A stretch of DNA of 64,000 nucleotides from Lingula anatina. Taxonomy: Eukaryota > Animalia > Brachiopoda. Under the pieces are notes generated by a model. The model was not told where the DNA came from. It did not search any database and saw only the letters and a program-made list of their open reading frames with translations. The translations under genes and the position numbers were made by a program. Of this stretch, positions 59,693 to 64,000 are shown piece after piece (positions within the stretch are counted from its first letter, which is position 1; each line of letters opens with the position of its first letter). The stretch lies in contig CM120640.1 in assembly GCA_051362555.1 (NCBI GenBank), positions 49,454,788 to 49,518,787 of the forward strand, read 5' to 3'.

Positions 59693-62597
59693 ATGTCTAG
59701 TTTTCGACAATTTCTTTCAAGACTAGCCTTTCGGAGAACTGCAAGTATATATTTGCATGTTTTTATTTGAGTGCAGTTACGGTATCTTTACAAGCTTTAA
59801 ATTAATTTTAAACAGAGTTTACTAAAGTTTAGACCACTAGTAAGTTAGGTTTCAAATATTTTTGGAGCAGTTTTGGAGAGTGAAAATGTTCAGAAATATT
59901 CAAAGCTCATTGGTCACATCTCCTTTTTGAAGGCAGTATCGCAATTTCCACCTTGAACACTAACGAAAAGGCAGTGATTGCTAAATTGAAACCACTTTGG
60001 GGGAAAATGCGGTCAAAATTTAGTCAGAATTGAAAAATATAGAATAGAAGTGCCAATGACATTATAAATTAAAAATGTAGGATTAGTAACCTTTTGCTAG
60101 AGAATATATTCATATTTAGAAGTCAAAACTGTTTTGCATGTATTGTCATATGCTTAAAAAGTGACCAGTACGTATTGGTTAATTGAAATAAGCATGTATT
60201 AGTAATCCCAATAAGTATACTAAGTGACATCTACTGGTATTATTCCAGTTCCCACTGAGATAAGTGGTTATGTTGCACCTGGGTTTGAGTTCGTGGAAAA
60301 AGCATTCAGGTGAGCAATCTGCTTATTTGAAATGCTGCTACTTAATTTTGATATATTTTTTATTAAAATTGTATTGTATGCACAGTCATATTGGCATGTA
60401 AAATATAAGACTCAAGAAAATGCAGCCTGGGATGCCCACAATGTAAGTATTGCATATAAATTATAATTTATATGAATGTTAGTATTTCATATGAAGTATA
60501 AAACATGCAATTCCAGTTTTCAGATTTGTCGTCCATTTTTCAGTTTTCTCCTTGTTATTATTTTTCCAGAAAAAACTTTGAAAGTGGCAAAGATATTGGT
60601 GCATCTTTTGCTGTTTACCACAATGGGAAGCTTGCAGTGCACCTTTGGGCCGGTAGTTCTGACAAGCAGACAAAACAACCATGGAAAGAAAACACCATGT
60701 CATGCTTCTTCTCTACAACAAAAGCCATGACATCTTTGTGTTTGGCAATTCTGGCAGATAGGTAATTATACATGTAATCCTACTACCAATTAATTTGCTA
60801 ATCATGATGATAATGGAGAAATAGTTTCATTGGATCTCAGTTTTGATATACAAGAAGTTTTCATTTATGATAGATCCAGATCCAAACACTCTATGTTGAC
60901 AGGAGTTTTACACAAATCTGCCATCACAGATTATATGTCAGAAAACAACCATGTGCCAAAATGGGACCATGTAAAAGCGCTAACCAGTGAAAGTAATTAC
61001 AGCAAACGCAAAGCTGTGGAATCCATCTGAATAAGAAGAAAGAAATGCACCATGAACAGAGATGAAGGAGCACACAAACTGACATTCTCAAACCCACCCT
61101 GGGGGGCAGGGTGAAAGGGACAAACAAGTCATCATCAAGACTGAGGTAAGTAACAGTTCATTTTTACCTGACCAGGTAATTCAGTTGTGACCAAGTCTGT
61201 TGGAGTGAACAGAAGAAACAGTCAACAGGTAAATCATATATCTGGATCTATCATAAATGAAAACTTCTTGACTATAATGAAAATGGTATTTTGATTGTTT
61301 CAGGGTCCTTATTAAATGGATCAATTATGTTTTGTTGGAGTCACTGAGTGCACATTTTTTTTTTTTTTTGGGGGGGGGGGGTTCAAAATATAAAGTGCAT
61401 TTTATGCATTCTTTTAAAATTGCATATGGGTTCTTTACTAAAGTTCAGGAAACTGATAGATTACAAAAGTCAGGTTGTCCAGTACTGGCCTGAGTTTGGA
61501 CAGAATGAAAAGGAAAAGATCACAGTGGAGCAGCTGGTCAGTCATCAGGTGAGTTTGTGGTTCAAGTAGTGTCAAATCTTAAATATGGCTTTAAATATTG
61601 ACAAGAAATTAATTTTCCTAACCAAACCGAGAACCAATTATACCTGTAAACTATTTCATTCATTGTTGTTTTTAAAAACATTCTTTACTTAAAAGTAAAT
61701 AGAACCAACTCTGCTGGGACTATCACTTAATGCAATCAGATAAACAGAATGAAACCCATCCTTGAGCAAGTAGTGATTAACTTTAGTGTGCGTTTAACTC
61801 ATGGCAGCTTCATCACTTTATTTTAGGTGTGACTAAATGCATATGAAAGTTAATCACCATTGTGCTGCTTTGAGGAGGTGTCATTCAGTTAATCTGATTG
61901 CATTTAATGAGAAAACCCATGGATTTGGATTGATCTACATAGAACAATAATTTCAGACATGCTGAAACTGTTGGTTCGATTGGTCATAACTGGGAAAATT
62001 TGTCTGGACCTGTTAAAAATTGGACTTGGTTGGTCCAAAGGACCAACAAGAGATTTAAGAGCCGCAATTTTGAATTTACAGTCATCATTCGACATACGTC
62101 ACTAATAAAATTATATAAAACCCAAAGAGTTTTTTCCCTTCCATTTCAAACCTATCACATTCACAAACAAAGTAAGCTACCGTAATCGTACTGGTAGTAT
62201 CTGTCTCAAAAATAATAGAGGGATTTTCGGTCCGACAAAAATCCATTCGGTCCGGCAATGCCGGTCCAAATGTCTGGCCATTCTGAAAAGTTTTCAGCAT
62301 GTCTGTAATTTCATTGGGAATGCACCCTACGTTTGTGTACATTTTACCATATGACTGTGTAAATAACTATTAGATATTTGTGGAGTAACCTACACCATTT
62401 TTTTAATAGGCAGGGCTAATAGAAATTCCCACTTTGCTGAGTCTGGAAATTTTGGAGGACCATGTGAAATTGGGAGAAATTATTTCTACTCTAAAGCCAT
62501 CATGGGAACCAGGTAATTTTCTTAAGTCACAGTTGACTTTCTGATTTTGTTGAAATTTTTAGGAAAGTTGTGTGGAGACTAGTTAATATCTAAAAAG

Positions 62598-62651
<54 letters not shown>

Positions 62652-64000
62652 TATTACAGGGATGAGATTTTTTTCAACTAGTAGGGGATATCTGACTTTT
62701 TAGAGGCCAAAAATATCATTGGCTTAGGTTGACCCCGAACCCACACCATATTTTTCACTAAACGGCAGTCTCATCCCAGTAATCATTATTATTGAAGCAG
62801 CATGTTGTGACACAAATGTTTAGAAATTATGATTTTATTCTTTGAAAATATTGGTATGAAAAGCAACACGAGCCATGCACTGTATACACATTTTCTTTTT
62901 TCTGTAACTGTTCTTGTCAACCTGGTAGGTGATAAGCATGCTTAAATATTCTAGTGAATTTTGTGAAATTGAATAAAGTTCATATAAAACTGGATGATAC
63001 AAAACAGGGTTATATTATCAGGGAGTTGTCATGGCTACCATGCTCTCACATTTGGCTGGTTAGTTGACCAGTTGGTCAGAAGAGTGGATCCAAATCATAG
63101 AAGTGTCGGGCAGTTTTTTCAGGATGAAGTGGCAAAACCTTTTGGTGAGTTGAATTGTAAATGGATGCACATTAATGAAGAACTTTCAATCTCAAGGTTA
63201 TTTTTTTCAAACAAAATAGAGAAAACAGAAAATAATGATGACATCATGGCATGCATATATTGTTTGGACTGAAGTCAAGTAATGAACAGACTTATAATTG
63301 TTCAGATGCTAATAGCAGTCATCATTTCATTTTTTTTTCATAGGAATTGATTTCTACATTGGATTACCAGAACATCTAAACAGTTGTGTAGCTTCTCTAG
63401 AAAGGGAGAATATGTTAGATGGACTAATCACACTCATGAGGGACCAAAGGTTTAGGCCAATGCTCAAGGCAATGGGCCAAGGGGGGAATAGCCTACCATG
63501 GAAATCTTTGAAAAACCTAGGAATTGCTGGAAAGGTATTGTACAAGCTGTTTTTTTTTAATCTTGCATAGGAAGTTTGAGCAGTGGGATTATGGTAAGTT
63601 AGTGTAAATGGAAATTATAGTTGACAGTTCCAGGGGCGGATTTAAGGGGTCTTCTGGGTCTTCTGGAAGACGGTCAGATTTTCAAGTTTACATTAACGGG
63701 TATCTAATTTTTTCTGTTGGAAGACGGTCAAAAATGGAGGATAGATCAACAAAGATAATTCGGAAGACTGTCAGAAAATAACTCTGGATCCGCCCCTGAG
63801 TTCCTGATTTTTAAAAGGAAAAACTGAAGGATAATCATACAGTTATGTTATTTCTATATAGTGGATAGATTTTTAAATTTTTTTTTTCTGTTTTAGATGG
63901 ATCTTCATAAACCAGAACATTATAGCCTTGAAGTTCCAGCAGCTAATGGTATAGGGACGGCAAAAGGTGTTGCAAAAGTATTTGGGATTTTGTCCAATGG
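59693..64000 (+). CDS. Beta-lactamase-family (class C/esterase VIII-like, lact-2-type) serine hydrolase; 3' end outside the window
   Basis: Exons 59693-59744 (tentative; MSSFRQFLSRLAFRRTA, weak donor), 60249-60309, 60570-60761, 61449-61548, 62410-62512, 63022-63144, 63344-63534 and 63897->64000. Motifs: GYVAPGFEFV, FSTTK (SxxK), YWPEFGQNEKEKITVEQLVSHQAGL, WEPGSCHGYHALTFGWL, EVPAANGIGTA. Confidence 0.9.
60851..61270 (+). mobile_element. Truncated Penelope-like retroelement (GIY-YIG C-terminal remnant, 3' UTR, inverted terminal repeat)
   Basis: Translation HKSAITDYMSENNHVPKWDHVKALTSESNYSKRKAVESI*IRRKKCTMNRDEGAHKL fits the SA+xxH...NH..W...E+I.I....MNRDEG pattern of the Penelope-like endonuclease end. 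Perfect 31-bp inverted repeat at 60851-60881 and 61240-61270. Confidence 0.85.
61182..61228 (+). ncRNA. Minimal type I hammerhead ribozyme motif (G3:C8 variant) within the Penelope-like fragment
   Basis: Core GUGACCA (61187-61193), stem II UCUGUU-ggagug-AACAGA, GAAA (61215-61218), short stem III AC-a-GU, cleavage triplet GUC (61221-61223). Stem I is GUU/AAC, extendable with one mismatch. Its position in the 3' region of the element is as expected for Penelope-like elements. Confidence 0.6.
61954..62305. mobile_element. MITE with CAG...CTG ends and 6-bp TSD (hAT6-like)
   Basis: 14-bp TIR CAGACATGCTGAAA / TTTCAGCATGTCTG; TAATTT at 61948-61953 and 62306-62311; internal GGTCC/GGACC subrepeats. 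Confidence 0.8.
62598..62649. repeat. (AAT)n microsatellite
   Basis: Directly visible. Confidence 0.98.
62657..62779. mobile_element. Small MITE-like inverted-repeat element
   Basis: ATTACAGGGATGAGATT versus AGTCTCATCCCAGTAAT (2 mismatches in 17). No unambiguous TSD beyond TA. Confidence 0.4.
63631..63798. mobile_element. MITE with CAGGGGCGGAT TIR and 5-bp TSD (hAT5-like)
   Basis: CAGGGGCGGAT / ATCCGCCCCTG; AGTTC at 63626-63630 and 63799-63803; internal GAAGAC(G/T)GTCA repeats. Confidence 0.8.

Noticed and set aside
59693-64000. Beta-lactamase-like gene as recent horizontal transfer or contamination
   Set aside because: At least six clearly defined GT-AG introns and host-like composition; the family is already known in invertebrates.

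Overview
AT-rich, intron-rich animal genomic DNA, probably a marine invertebrate (inferred from the repeat types; the taxon cannot be fixed from the sequence). I reconstructed 10 protein-coding genes by hand from GT-AG junctions and frame continuity. They are: the 3' part of an ALDH1A/ALDH2-family gene (+); a synaptotagmin-like gene predicted to be Ca2+-independent (-); a DAZAP1/Hrb27C-like two-RRM hnRNP (+); a cluster of three uncharacterised, apparently paralogous coiled-coil/disordered proteins (-,+,-) sharing an S[MI]L[AT]Y[ST][EQ]R[ML]xxI motif (CCDC190-like); an HtrA2-like protease (+); a 4-exon uncharacterised gene downstream of a near-perfect RFX X-box (+); nicalin (-); and the 5' part of a beta-lactamase-family serine hydrolase (+), head-to-head with nicalin. 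Introns and UTRs carry many non-autonomous elements: Kolobok-like, PIF/Harbinger-like and hAT5/6-like MITEs, a foldback/Mutator-like element with a nested MITE, a Helentron HINE, LINE remnants, and a Penelope-like fragment with a hammerhead-ribozyme motif carrying a compensated G3:C8 core swap. No tRNA, rRNA or CRISPR features were seen. The best leads are the paralog cluster with X-box-like sites, the variant hammerhead, and candidate autoregulatory or alternative splicing features of the DAZAP1-like gene. Gene models are manual and have no transcript support.
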